Positions 24,905 to 39,300 of a stretch of DNA of 64,000 nucleotides are shown here, piece after piece. The stretch's first letter is position 1. Each line of letters starts with the position of its first letter. This DNA is from Pristiophorus japonicus (Eukaryota). Position numbers and translations under genes: made by a program. Below the pieces are notes generated by a model. That model was not told the origin of the DNA and made no database searches. It saw only the letters and a program-made list of their open reading frames with translations. The DNA is taken from contig NC_091981.1 of NCBI RefSeq assembly GCF_044704955.1, positions 103,602,001 through 103,666,000 on the forward strand, written 5' to 3'.

Positions 24905-26154
24905 CTGTAAATAATGAAAACAATGATGAAATCTATTTATAGGCAATATAGGTGTTGAAAATACAACATATCTATATATATACATATATAATTATCTCTG
25001 TGACATATTCTAATATATTCTCAAGAAGTTATGTTGACATATTAGACCCCATTACTAAAACCTTAATGGCTCATTCTCCACCTTCGAAAAATAATACACA
25101 ATCTTTACTTCTTTACTAGATTATATTATACTTAGTTATAGAGGTATAACCATACATAAACCATCGTCGACTATCTCATTATTTAATATTAAAATCTGAT
25201 ACTGTAAAATTTGATAAAGCTAGGTAGTCTTTTATTAAAATGCACCATTGGAAATAAATCTGAAACTACACTTTAAATTACTGTTTAAAAGTTATTGCGC
25301 CTTATTTTTATAAGAATTTTTCCAATCAAAAGATTGCGTTTTGAACTGGTAATGCCAAAATGATGCGCAAATTTGACCCATGATGTAATCAGTAGAACAG
25401 CCTTTAAAAAAACACGATGCATGCCCATAACATTGAATTGCCTAGAGATAGGCATATCTGATCATAATGTTTGGGTATTACTTAAAAATTTAAACCTATT
25501 TCTTGCTACCTGAGCCACTTTACGTGTGAAAAACAAACAAACAACTTTGCAGTGCCTTTCCCCATTCCAACAATTACACTTGTTTACGTCACAATGGTAA
25601 CAAACATGATGAGAAAGATCGTTTTCCAGCTATTGGATGATAGCTAAGAAAAACATTTGGCTAAAGATATTTTATTACACATTAATTACAAGGAACCATC
25701 ATTCAAATCCACTCATCGTGATTTTGAGTTGTTACCATCTTGTCTTATGGTTTATAGAAAATTGATCAGAAATCTTTATAAACATAGCTCTCTCTTTCTC
25801 TGTCAATACAAGTATAGGTGTGTGTATTTGCAGTTGCAGCCACAGATAATATCTAATTATTATCAAATCATTATAACTAGTGCAAGCAATTCAGGTGTCT
25901 GCAAATCTGGTTATCACTAGTTAATATTTTAGTTTTATAAATTAGAATTGTGTGCATGTATATATTTCCATATTTGCACATGTACAGTAGACGGTGCAAG
26001 TCCAACCATATATACACTGTTCATTGAGACTAAAACCATCCATAGGTAGGAGATAGGCACATTACTGAAGATTTATATGCATATGTTATATAAATATATA
26101 TTATATCTTATTATTTAGAAATAGCTGGTATAATTTAGGTAAATGTAGATTTAG

Positions 26155-26328
26155 AGTAGAGGATGTGTGTGAGAGAAAGGGGTGGGAGAGAGAGGGAGAG
26201 AGAGAGGGGGAGAGGGAGAGAGGGATGGGCGATGGAGAAAGGGGAGAGGGAGAGAGGGAGAGAGATTGGAGATGGTGAGAGAGGGAGAGAAAGGGGAATG
26301 AAGGGAAGAGAAGGAGAGGGGGAGAGGC
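26155..26328. repeat. GA-rich polypurine low-complexity tract in the Hoxa3 intron
   Basis: About 170 bp of almost pure G/A on the plus strand (gagaggg units). Confidence 0.9.
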
Positions 26329-26611
26329 ACTCTCAACTGTTTCCAGATAATATATATTTAAAGCATCTAACCTATATTTAGGAAATATAAGTGCTTATGT
26401 TTATAGACTTTTTGCCTAATCACTGTTTGATAATGACCTCTACATTATTTTTAGGGCAGGATTCCACAACTATTGAAATTATTCAGTTGTTCCTATATTC
26501 TACAGATGAGGGCGATCACTATGCAGTTCCAATAGCTCCATTAGCAACTTTACCCACTGTAGCAATGACATATCGATTGATAATCAAAAGGTAAGAGAGG
26601 ACGCCAAGTAC

Positions 26612-27065
26612 CTGAACTGGAACTGCTGTTTTTTTGCTTGGCGTTTTGGCGCGACTCTTTCATCCAGGGGAATATTTGTTTACTAATGGTGGTTTGTGAG
26701 GTAAGAGTGGGGTTTTTGCTTGTGCTGGACTGGGTCGAGTTGCTGCTGGTATTTTGGGGCGGTGAGACAGACGGAGGTGGTGGAGGTGGTGGCTGCTTCT
26801 GTTGCTGTTGCTCTGCAATAACTGGGTGGTGGCTCGGTTGGCTGGCACTGGTTCGCATGCAACTTTCATTGATATCGTTGGGTTTGTGATGGGAGACACT
26901 GCTAGCAGGTGACTGCAGAGAGCAGGCGGGTCGATGATAGTCGCTTTCCACGTGGGACGAAGGCGGATATTGCTGCTGACTGGCATTATAGTTAAAACCA
27001 TTTGCTCCTTGGTATGTGTAACCACCGAAAATTGCAGAGCTGTCGTAGTATGTCGCTTTTTGCAT
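26612..27065 (-). CDS. HOXA3: Homeobox protein Hox-A3, coding exon 1
   Basis: [13 protein letters not shown]-terminus and [16 protein letters not shown] at 27065; donor G|GTACTT at 26611. Confidence 0.97.
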
Positions 27066-27142
27066 CTCGTTGTTTCCCAATATTTATTTCGCAAACTGAC
27101 AGGGTCTTGACACCCTTATAGAATAACATTGGCACCCTGTGT

Positions 27143-27164
27143 CACGTGACTCTCTTCTTCCAAT
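27143..27164 (-). promoter_or_regulatory. Hoxa3 proximal E-box/CCAAT module
   Basis: gtCACGTGac (27143-48), 11-bp spacer, CCAAT (27160-64). Confidence 0.6.
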
Positions 27165-30100
27165 GGCCTCTTCGGGTTGATCTGGGGTTACAAGAAACAA
27201 AACCATAATGGCGAAATGGTACAAATCCATCTTACTCTCAATAGCAACTGACATGAAAAGCCATAAAAAAAAGTGTGCAGCAATATTTGGTCACACAGCT
27301 TAGCCCTGGGCAATCTGAGTATAACAGCAGTTTAAAACTGATTCTCAGCGGTAAATGCTCAGTGCGGCTGAGCAGCAAACGATCGCTAGCTGCAGATTCC
27401 AGCTTTTTATTTTATTTTGTCTCATCGGGGAAATACAGTACTACATAAGGGTTCACGTGAGACATGGATTTCGGTAGGTTAAACTAGAGGCAGCCTTCTT
27501 CTTGGGTAGTTGAAAAGAAGAACCACTCTATGTATATATATTAAAAAATTCAAACCAATGGTTACGGAATGTATTAGTTTTGCGATCTCTGTACATCTCT
27601 ATAAAACGGACTCAATTGTAAATATGTGATTCGTTAGTTGCATCTCAAGCAGATCTAATGAGATGAAATTCAAATGTTGCAATCACTGGGACAAGTAAAT
27701 GATTCGTTAAAAGTGAAACCGAATGAAACCAGCTTTAGCAGCTAAAACTTTCTGCGAAGAAAAAAAAAATATATGTAAACTCTAATTTATATATGGGTTT
27801 ATTTTATTGTTATATTCAAATAATAACTAGCAGATTAATTGCGGCACCGTATGAAAACGCTACAATTTAAATATCAGTTAAAAATATTGGCAGCTTTTGC
27901 CGCTGTTTAGTAGTGTTAGCTCGTATTTGTACATTCCTCTCGTGTAATAGGCATTGGTATTATAATAAAGACATTTCTTTGGAAAATAATTTTAAAATTC
28001 TGTTCTCGCCATTCTCAAACCCGGGACTTGGAACAAACATTCAGTATGTGCCCTAAGTGGACATTAAGTGCTCTGTGTTTGATATCATTGCATTTAAACT
28101 AGTGTTTGTTTTGGCTCCCCAGATTTATCCAGACTGGCGGGTAGAAAAGTCTTGCTTTTTGTTGGTTCCACTTTTAACAGGTCACCATTTGGTCTGGCGG
28201 AAATTTCCAAGGGTTCCTTTTACTGTTTGAATTCTACCTGCTAAAGGCATGATGGATCGGAAAACACCAGGAACCTGAAAAACTGGCGTTCTTCTTCATG
28301 ACCACGGTGTGAACTTTTCTTCCAACCAAACGATAATAGGCTCTGTCTCTGAAACTGCTCGTAATTTGATGTATGGGGGTCACTGGGCCGGGGGAAGAGT
28401 TGGGAGCCCAGCCCACATAAAGCGCCTGCATCAGGAGAAACCGGCAGTAAACATAGCACTAATCTATTCAAGTGTTTCAGTTAATTATCATCTTCTTAAA
28501 AATTCAATAATCCTTATATCTTAGTTAAAGAATAATTTTAAATTGCATCTCTCATGAAATAAAAATCAATTGAAACGACAGCATAGAACTGTTTTCGCAT
28601 CAGATATACAAAGATCATTTTTGGGCCTGCAGATCTTTGTTAATTCTACAAAAAAAATTCGGATATTTTCTCACAAATGCGCATTTTCAGTAGTTTAAGG
28701 TATCTATAAATCGGTTATTATGAAGAGATGTAGAGTTTTGCATTTTGAATAAGAAAAACAGCCTAGTCAAGCAAATCATTGTTTGCTAGGCCTTTCTTTG
28801 CCCCAGTCACACTAATACAAAGGAAAATACACTTTTAAAGCGAGCCCATTCATTTTGTAGAACTGCTAAGAAAATAGTTCAAGCTCCTGGTAAACACTAC
28901 TCATTTTAAACCTGATTGTTTCAAAATGTTTTCTACGGGTTTTGCACAATTTTGTAGACCGGCCAAATGGACCTCATTGTCCTTTCCCAATCTTGTACAT
29001 TCCTAGTTTTCTGTAAAACATACTTCGCAACAGCCCATTGAATATGAGCTGAACTTGGAGCTGTCTTCAAGGCTGCTATAATTTTTTTTAGAGCTGTACG
29101 CGAAAGCAAAGCTGCCAAGGTCAGTAAGGGAGGATAGAGTTGTGCTAAGTACAGGTTTTAAATGACATTTTTGTGCGTTTCTGAAACTGGACGCTGCAAG
29201 CAACAAAAAATGCTTTTGAGATATCATTGTAAGGTCCTGCCCTTAGAATGTGTCATCTGCCATTGTTGTTATTCGCAGCACTTAATGTACCCGGAGCATT
29301 TTCGAAAGCTGAAATCATTAAATAATGAGTGATGCACAGAAAACTGTTCAGTGCTGCGCCTGAAACCACAGGCCCTTGGATAAGTTTAAGGAGCTGGTTG
29401 CCACCATAGGCGACAGTAACATAAAAGTTATTGAATTATTGGGTTTGACTGCTGAGGAGTTGTCAATAATTTGCATTGTTTCGAGTTATTCTTGCTATAT
29501 TATCAAAACTCGTTCCCAAGCATGTAGAAATAAACTCTTAGGAAAAAGCTGTTTTACTCCTTCCATTATGAAAAATAATTATTGGAAATCCTTGAACATC
29601 GGAGCTCACAAATCAAAATCTTCATTTGGTTTCTCAGACCTGCGTGCTGTCCGCCATTTTTTTTCAACAACAAATACAACCTCACTCACCTGTGTAAACG
29701 CTCTGCGTCTAATTCTACGCCATTACACTCAGTAACCTTCTGTCTTTTGTAAACCAATTTCTTCAATGTTCCTAATTTTAAAAAAAATAAACCTTGGAGT
29801 GCCATTCTTTCTCATTCTGTTTATATGTTTTAGTACAAAAGTGGTTTGTGACTGGAAACTGATACATTGTACAGATAATACAAAAGCTGTTTTATTCTTA
29901 CAAAAATATTTTACATTGCCAATTGGACAACACAGCAGAAGTAAAACTTTATCTATTGGAGTGAAATATGGACTCATGACTAACAAACTTTTCTCCACAT
30001 TAGATATGTTAAATTAATGGAATCTTTTTCCAGCTAATGATACAGATAAGCACGGGCATGAATGCATGTTTACAAATAAATTGCCACCATAAACAGCCTT

Positions 30101-30373
30101 CCGCGTTCCCTATAAACGTAAGAAAGGTAGAAAAAGAAAGAAATGGAACCCAGATTCCACCAAGAGCAACAGTAAATGTTTCTTAATTCATGTGTATAAA
30201 TGTGCCTCAGGCGGCATGGTAGGCAATAATAAATTCATAAAACTTGGAAAAGGAAAAGGAAAATATCTCAAAGAACCCGAACAACGGCGAAGGAGAAACA
30301 GAAAATAAAAATAAAAGACTTGAATTCGAAGCCTACGGGTATCAGTCACGATGTGAAAGGAAGCTATAGCATG

Positions 30374-30390
30374 TGAACTCTTCCTGAACC
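30374..30390 (-). promoter_or_regulatory. DR5 RARE upstream of Hoxa3
   Basis: Minus strand GGTTCA ggaag AGTTCA, like the known Hox3 5' DR5 (GGTTCA agaag AGTTCA). A Pbx-Hox-type TGATTTATGAC lies at ~30408-18. Confidence 0.85.
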
Positions 30391-32964
30391 GAGATTTAAG
30401 TCATATGGTCATAAATCACTGGGACATAAACTCCGCCATTCACGAGTGATAGCCTATTTGTGTCCAGCTTACCTTAGCCTCTGACGATAGACGCAGACCA
30501 CGGCACAATATTTTCAGATTCACCGGGGAAATCGATAGCAGGAGTTTCAAAACTTCCAAATTAAGTGGAATGAAGGCAAACAGTTACTCTTATGCGCTGA
30601 AATTTACTCGTTGGCGACAACGGCAAATGGGGAAAGGAAAATGGTAGTGCTGCAAAGAACTGGAGAGAAGGCTCTAGCTTTTGGATGGACAGCTCTTGTG
30701 ATTATGGTAGCGCGCCCTGGTCAGGGAGATAAGACTACTATCAGCTTTCCTGGCTGCTCTTATCTAATACCAAAGAAATGGGGTATGTTTCTTATGAATA
30801 TTGAATGCTAAAAGCGCGGATTTTAAGATTGCTGTCTGGGAGTACTGAACAGACAGACTGGGTAAACTCCCCCGAAACATAGCGTCACAAGTGAAAAATT
30901 ATGCAAATTAACCAACGCGGAGGACACGAGCGCCTGGGTTTGGCAATCATTGAATCTCTGCAATCATAACTTGAATCGAACTCAGCCCATTTCAATCAAC
31001 TCACGTTTTAATAATAATTGTATTAAGATAATAATAAAAGTATACATTCTTTAAATATGCTTTTAATCTTCCGCGTTAAAAGTATTGCCTTAACTTTTAT
31101 TAACTCCTTGTTGCAAAGAAAGGCCTTTGTTTGAAGTACAGCATGAGAATAGTTCGGAGAAAATATGACACAAGGGTGAAAGTACACCCGGTTTCAAACA
31201 GGTTCAATTGGTTCTAAAGCAGAGTCAATTTCTTAGTATTCAGAAAATTAAAGGTGTTAAAGATGTTGAAGTAAAAGTGTTTCAGGCACAGGAGTGAAAA
31301 GTTACACTTCAGAAGAAAAACCGAGGCTGAAAGGCGAGGAGTGAAAGAGTATATGAGCTATAGCCACCCCTTATGCATGCCAATGCTTCTGTCGTTTATA
31401 GCTACGTAAGATTTATGACTTCATGCACTCAGGCTGTAAACAGAGCACTAAAGAGAAAACACTTGCTCCTATCGCTTATTGCGATGCAACTACATGAAAG
31501 GGGAAGCCAAGCAGCGTAGGAGGGAAGATAGGGGCAAAAATTCACTCGTATGCAACTTTTCAAGTAAGCCGCTCAATGTTCTATGTGTAGTGAAGTACTT
31601 TGTCAATGATCAGCCCTTACACTTTTCTTAAAGTGCTTACACCAACTTTTTCTCTTTCTCTTGAGGTCGTAGGAAGGTGGCAAAAAAAGTAACGCCAACG
31701 GGTGCTGGATTTTTTTTAAACTTTCTATAACTTAGTTTGGCTCAGTGAATTTCAGTTAAGAAGTGACTGGATAGAAATTGAAAGCGCCCGGTTTATGTCA
31801 GCGCGCCTTCTAAAATCATCGCCAGGTCGTTGGGTGCAGCGAATTAAAATACTGGATAAGAAATGTTTTACGCCTTTGGTGATTGACGACTCTCCCTGCA
31901 GCCAGTTGCTAAGTTCTACAAAGAGAAAGTAAACGAAGAGAGAGAGAAAGGGCGAGAACGTTTGGTTTAATCTAAGCGATAGATCCCACTGCTTTTTAAA
32001 AGGTGTTGATATTGTATTGCGGCAGTTATAACTTCCATTTCTAAGATAGCTTGCTCGAAATTCAAACACCATAACCAAAAGTTTACATTTCCGCCAGCCA
32101 TCTTTAATACTTAAATTATGTTACCTGCTATGAATTAGCACCCATTTTAAGACCTATAATGCCTGCTTTATATAATTTCCTCTATAGTTAATATATTTCT
32201 GTTTACTTATCCGAATATTCTAAAACCCATTTTTGATTTAAATTGTAATAGCCTGTTGTGATTCTTTTATTAGATGCTCAACATCATCCACCGCCTGCAC
32301 TGGGGCTAATAAATATGACACCTTGCAATGATTGCATTTCGGGCTTTTAACGACCATATGTATTTTTTTAAATCATAATAATTCAGAAGACTCACCGAAA
32401 GTTTGTTCAGTCTCACTGAAAAGCCTCTGGTCGTAGAATTGTTATTTAGAATAAAGTCTGGAACGGAAACGAGAAACCATTAATTTCCACGGAGTAAAGG
32501 AAAAGGCGCCGGAGAACTGAGATCCTTGTTTTAAGTACATCGACCAATTCTACGTGGATTATTAACGGACAGAAACCAATCTAACATCTTGAATCAATTA
32601 TACAGATATAACATTCCAATAAATGAGAAAATAATTTCTGAACTATGTTAGGATTTTTGTTGAATATTGAACGAAATCTTGCAAGCTAAGGATTTATCAT
32701 ATAAAATCTTGTAGATTTGCTGTGCACCATAGCTAACACGGTACTTTATGTATGTGCCTTTTTCAAATACATCTGTACTAATCCAATTCTCATTTGCTCT
32801 CAAACACTATAAAACAATTGTATTATTTATGTGTTTCAGCCTTGTCAAATGTGTGCCAAGACTGAATAATAAATCAAAAAGAAACAGTGACGTGTAACCG
32901 AACTGCAATTAAATGTTTTAATGTATTTAACAAAAATCTTTGCCCAGTGTTTGCATTCAACGAT

Positions 32965-32991
32965 GGAGGGGAGGGGGGGGGGGGGGGGGGG
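32965..32991 (+). repeat. Poly-G tract
   Basis: ggaggggag followed by a run of 19 G in total (32973-32991). Confidence 0.9.
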
Positions 32992-35900
32992 AGACTGTAT
33001 AAACTGCAGATTTAATGCAAGGATTTAAATAGAGCAATGAGGAAAAATAATATAAACTCCAACAATGTTTAAAGTACGGACATGAAGAATTATGAGACAT
33101 AATAGTTTCCAAAGTAGTGAGAATCTCCAATAAATGTGTTTCATTCATATGCATGTTGCTTAGAACTGAATATATCGCAGAAATTAACTTCGCTTATTTA
33201 CAATGACCCCCCGCCCCCCACCACCACCAACACACACTCACACACATATTTAGCTTTATTTTACGCGATTGGTAGAATTACGGTAGGGTACTGATCTGGC
33301 TATCAATAATTGCCAATGTGATTTGTCATATATAAAAAGAAGTAAAGCATTCGTTAAAGCAGATTGCATTGGCACGGCTGTCCCAACACACGGAAAACAT
33401 AAATCAAATCGCAACATCCTGACCTTTCCTGAGCAGGACTCACTGGTGGGTGCAATTTTATATAACATTTGCACCCCCAGCATAACATAACGAGTCTTTT
33501 CCTGTCTGTTATTCATCGCGCATATATTCTTTTTTTAAATGGCAATATTGGTTTAGGTTGTATCACCTTTTAATTTATTTCGTTAAATTCTCCAGGCAAT
33601 CAATATTCCAACACAATGATGGCCTGCTAGTAAATAATCCCCCGATTCAACCTGCTTTATGTCTTGCATTAATCAAATACTACCACTGTGACGATGAGCA
33701 AATATGGGCAATTTTTACACAGCAATGAATTTTTTAAATCAACATTGAAGAACTGTCTTTATCTTTTTTTCATAAAATCACTGTATGTCATATATCGAAA
33801 CATAAAATGTAATGTCCGTCCATTAAGCGATGTGTTTCATTGAGAGTTCGGCATCACACACTTAGTAACGAAAACCCTAATAACCTAATTTCAGAGACAC
33901 TACAATTCACAAACTAGCTGACTGGATTTCTAAGATGGACGAAGAACCTTTCATTGGAGCACATTATATAATGAATAAAATGTCAGAATAAGTAAATGTA
34001 TATTCATGCCCATGTGATACAATAATCACTTTTATTAACGGCCATCGCAGCTACATATATTGGCGTCGAATTTTATGTGATAAACATACGATGTTTTGTT
34101 TGTACATAATCGACAGAGAGCGGCCATTGACAGGATTTCAATATTCGATTGTTCGTGTTTTAAGGAACAACACATGCATGTGATACGCATAGTATTCCAC
34201 AAAATAACTTATTTTGTATTTACCATATGGAGAGAAATATTATTGGAAATGGATTATGTGCCGAAGCAAGCAGAAAAAAGGAAACTAAGCGTGTTCTGGC
34301 ACAATCTGACACCCGTAAGCCTTTCTACTGACCTTTGCCTTGAACAGTAATAACTCACCATATTAATGAACAATCAACGGAAGCATTTGAAATACCTCAA
34401 AATAAAATCCATTCCGCTAAATGCAGCATCTCTCCCTGCTCGCATATATTCCTTCATGTGAAATCCAGCGCCCAGAGTGCAATCTCTTTAGAAGAAAATA
34501 GCTGGCTCTTAACAGAAAGTGGAAAAGCGTAATCACAGCCGAAGCCAGCATAGGTCTCCGATCCAAATGCCACAATAATGCGCTGTATTATGTGCTCACG
34601 TGGTCATACGTCAACTTAAATCCTTTTATTTGAATTTGGGAGATAATTAAAGGAGCACTTTTTTTTTAGGCAAACCCTAACTTTTTACCCAACAAAACCT
34701 GAGAAGTTTCTTAAGCAGAGTTTTGTTGGTCTTGTAGAAGGTTGCTCCGCGATAATTCTTTGCAGGAAATCCACGATAAGGTAAGTTGTGCCGCCTGTAT
34801 CTCATAGTGTGAAAGACCTCTATCCGGATCATGTAGACTGAACTACTTTGAACAGATAAATAGCTGTTTGTAACGGACTAAAACCAGGAACGGGAGTTTA
34901 AATCGATCTATGAAGAAGGGAGCATCTCACATTTTCGACCAAAGCAGGGAAGCCCCACAGTGGTTAAGCTTCCGTGCGAAACTCCCTTTTCAGAGCTTGC
35001 TTTTTAGAGCGCTATTGTACTGGGCTTGCTTAACACCCACACGTTACACCATGCTAGTTATGGAAACCAGAAAAGGTTTATAATTACCTGACAAAGGCAA
35101 AGCAGTGTCACAGAAAGCTTAGATGAATTTAGTCAGTGTAACGCAGGGTGAGGAGTGGACTTGACAGCGATGTGATGATACTGATTTTTTTTCCAGTGGA
35201 ATCGTAAATCGTGTCTGTAGGGACCCTCATGCAAAATGTGTGCTTACATGTTACATGTTTTCTGCCAATTGAGTGATGCATGGAATTTCTTGTGGAAGAA
35301 AGTGCAAAATAGATTCAATGTAATACATATTAATAGTGATACGGAACCATTGATGAGAAATTGGCCAGTGTGTATTAATGAATAGAATTGAAATCTCTGG
35401 GTCACAGGGCTGGTTCTCTACGGGATGTATGTTACTTTAGTGCAACACGTATTGAAAGTTTGGGAGCAAAGAGAAAGCATGTAAGAGAAAATACCAATAC
35501 ACCTACTATTTGCATATGACTGAAGTTGTTAAAATACATTCCATGTAAGAGATTAGTAATTCATTTGTCTCTATTCTAAGCACGTAAGTTCTTTAATTTA
35601 AATTTAATTATAAAACACCCCTTCCTCTTGTAATTCTGTCCTGAGCTACGTCCCTTCATTCTGTTGCTTTTACTTTCCTGCGACTGTTCCACTTCCACCC
35701 TAGTTTCGTTCTACTTATTGTCATTTTTATTTCTTGAACATCTCTTAGAGCCGTTATATAAGCATTCAATACAATCAGTTTTACACAATATAGACACGTT
35801 TTCTTGAAACACTATTCTGACATGTAAGCATTGTTTAATGCCACAAATGATCGAAAGTTGTTTTAGATGCCCCACTCTACAGTTTTAGGAAAACTCGCAT

Positions 35901-36223
35901 ACACCAAAAGTTTTCAGCTGAACAGCTAAGTATAGCCGGCAATGAATTAAGTTAAATTATAATCGTTGCAGTAACTTCAAATGTCAGCGTACAAAAGTAA
36001 GGCGAGGTTACTGGCCTTTCAATGTCAGCAAACTTTAGACGCACTCCATATTCTTTACTCTGAACAAAATCCGTGCAATCGTCTTACAAAGGCCACAGTT
36101 AAACTTTTAACACACAGAGTAAAACATTAATGAATAATTGATGAACGCCACGAAGTGAAGTTCGACATTTTGACGCAGAAACTATTAAATGTACAAACAT
36201 ACATACATAGATGTACATATGTA

Positions 36224-36356
36224 NNNNNNNNNNNNNNNNNNNNNNNNNNNNNNNNNNNNNNNNNNNNNNNNNNNNNNNNNNNNNNNNNNNNNNNNNNNNN
36301 NNNNNNNNNNNNNNNNNNNNNNNNNNNNNNNNNNNNNNNNNNNNNNNNNNNNNNNN
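36224..36356. other. Assembly gap (133 N)
   Basis: Run of N, flanked on the left by (ACAT)-type simple repeat. Confidence 1.
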
Positions 36357-39300
36357 TTAGAAGGTGCAAGAAACCTTCTGAAATTGGGACATAGACGAAA
36401 TCGACTATTCGCCGACTAAAGTTAAAAGATATCTTCTGGACACTCCTGGGCAAGTGGAACCCATCAAGCCAACAAATCGTTCTTACAGCTCACAGATCTA
36501 TCAATGCTAAAGTTTCCAAAGTTAAATAATCTTCTGTTCTATCAACTAATAGCCATTTTTGCAATATCAGCACAAACTTAAAAAAATACAAAATTGAATC
36601 ATAAAAGGTTCCAGGCCATAACTGCAATCGACGTGTGCATTATAAAGATAGGAAAATCCGAGTAAAGGGCCATCGGGCTTGGCGATAAGCAATGTCTTCC
36701 CTTTCCATAGGTCAAATTTTGTGCCATTAATTAAGAACTGGGCTGCAATTTATCCTGTGTGCAAATAGACAGAGCTACAAAGAAATGTTATAGCTTACCT
36801 GAGAATTCAGCCAAATCCAAACCAGCCTCAAAGGACAGATAAAGGCTGCTGCGAAATTGGTAATGTGCTTTACAAGGGGAAAGTTTCAAAGCACACCGAA
36901 GATTCTACATTTTCCAGACTATCCGGCTGTTTTAAATATATTGCTCTGCGCTTACTCCAGGCAGCTTTGCTTTCTGCAAAGCCTTTTCAAATCAGGAAGG
37001 CCGGAGAATGAAGTTTCACTCCTTAATACTGATTCGGCGCCCTACAAATGCTGAACTGTTTGCCTTATAGGTTTTTGCAGGCGTGTGGGGTACTGGTTTT
37101 CGATGAGATCTATGTATTGAAGAGAGAGAGGGAAAAAAAACAGCCCGGCAAAAAAGCAGGGCCAAGTCGAGGGGGAAAACCCTTATGGAATCCGTTCACG
37201 TGACTTAAAAATAATTGTTAGCAGAATCTGGATCAAATCTGGTTATCAGCCACATACAATAAAGTTTCTGTGGTTCATTGTTAGGCTAGTATGCTTGCAA
37301 ACTGGCATTGCATTTAGGCGGTGTTGATTTAGGAAACAGCTGCACCAGACTTGAAGAGAGCTAAGTCCCAATGCATTGCGAAGGTAAGGGTGAAGCCGTG
37401 CAGCATGGCAGACCAAATGGGGTTTGCACTTTAAGCACTAACCACTGCTACGTGTTTCAATGTTAATCATAATTGATCTTATTAAACATCCATTTATTAG
37501 TATGTAACAAATGTAAAACTATGGATAAGGGAACGATTGCCTTGGTATCAAACGATAACGTTTTTATTGGTGTTCAACCACGGTTAAACATAACTTCGTT
37601 CAGTTTGCTCCCTTGAACAAATACAATCTTAAGGTGGAAATATTAAACCCTGAAACTGGTAAATAAACTAAGAAACAGGATTTGGTGCAAGATATAGACT
37701 GACGCTGATCTGAATAAAATGAGGATGATAGCTTGTAGTATTAGAAAACGTTCCAACAAACGAAAGGCCGCAATGAAACAATCGTTTTTGTTTAAATCTA
37801 AATGTCATCAACTTTAAACTGAAACTATCTGAAAAATAAAGCAGCCAAGTATCAGTAAAATTCTATTTGTTTTCATTTTAAGAGTGGCCCTCTAAGAAAC
37901 TCATTTCTGCATGCGGGTGCAATTGACAAACCCATCACAACAAAGCATTAAGGCCGAGTAATTTATTACACTCCTCATTCCACGCCATAAAACTACTCTA
38001 GTTATCAAACGGCACTTTAAACTAACCAGAACATTTGAGCTTTCTTACCACGTCGGAACTTCAAAAAGTCTAGCAACACCTTTTACTCGTATTCACTGCG
38101 GGCAAACCAACACATTGTTCAATATATTGTTTATGGAATGGTGTGCAGATTAAAGGTCCCTTTGCTGTTCTGTCCTACATTACTTTCCTTAGTCGATTCT
38201 TACTTGTGGATTTATTTTTCTTTATTAACATGTTATTTTTTTAGAATATTTAGATGTGATTTTCCAATTCTCGTGCTATAATAGATATCACACCCAAATT
38301 ATTAATTTGTACTAGATGTCCAATGTCTCACTCAAGAAGGTTGAAAATAACTATTTATTTTAAAATGTTTTGCTTTTTGTCTTTTGAAAAATTGCACATC
38401 AAATCGGAAAGTCCGTGTCTTTAGATATTTACACGAAGCAGAAAGATGGGGGAAACAGAAACAGGCGGATGGTTCTTCGATTTTTATTGTCAGTCTCGTA
38501 ATAATAAAACAAAGAAAGCTGATATATTTTACGCTCACTTCCAGCAAAGGGGTTTCAGACCCCTTCACTGTATTTTGTTGATTACAACAGTAGAATCGCG
38601 GGTTAACTTCAACATATAAACATAAATGGGATAAAATTGCATGAGAACGTTTTAAATATAGACATTGAGGAAGATTACATTGGCAGTGACATTTGGTTCC
38701 TGTAAAAATATATATAGGTGGCTGTACAAAGCATGCCAGCCTTCAAATATGGTTACAAGCACTTTTATTTTGGCAATCTGTAAGACAACAAATTAACATG
38801 CGAAAGAACATAGCTGCCCTACACGATTGAAGTATATCTTGTTATAATAGTTTTCTCTGCCAATTTCGTTTATCAAATTCATACTAAGTTGAAAGTGACA
38901 AATATATTATTTGATAGCATCACAGACAAAGTTGTCTTTCCTTTAAAAAATGACAATTATTGTATTCTATTTTAAATAAATCAAGCTGTATGTTTGTAGC
39001 TCCAGTGAATTCTTTGAGGTTGCTGTGAACCCCAAACAAAGGAAGTACCCTAGGCTTTTGTTCCCTTAAATAACCACCGAATTGATACTCTCAAATGGTT
39101 CCATGACTACCTTTTGCAGCTGGGTAATACATTTCAACGTGGAAGGAATCAGCTCTGCGGAGTGCACGCAACCTCTCATCTTATAAGAGAGTTGGAAAAA
39201 TAAATTACATTTTCATTTAGTGTTCACTGATTCCGATGAACTGCAGCATTAAACCACCTGTTACACTAAAATAAAACGAGTCCACCTGAAAGCAGACATC

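Noticed and set aside
36127-36453. ORFs containing X runs
   Set aside because: Artefacts of the N gap.
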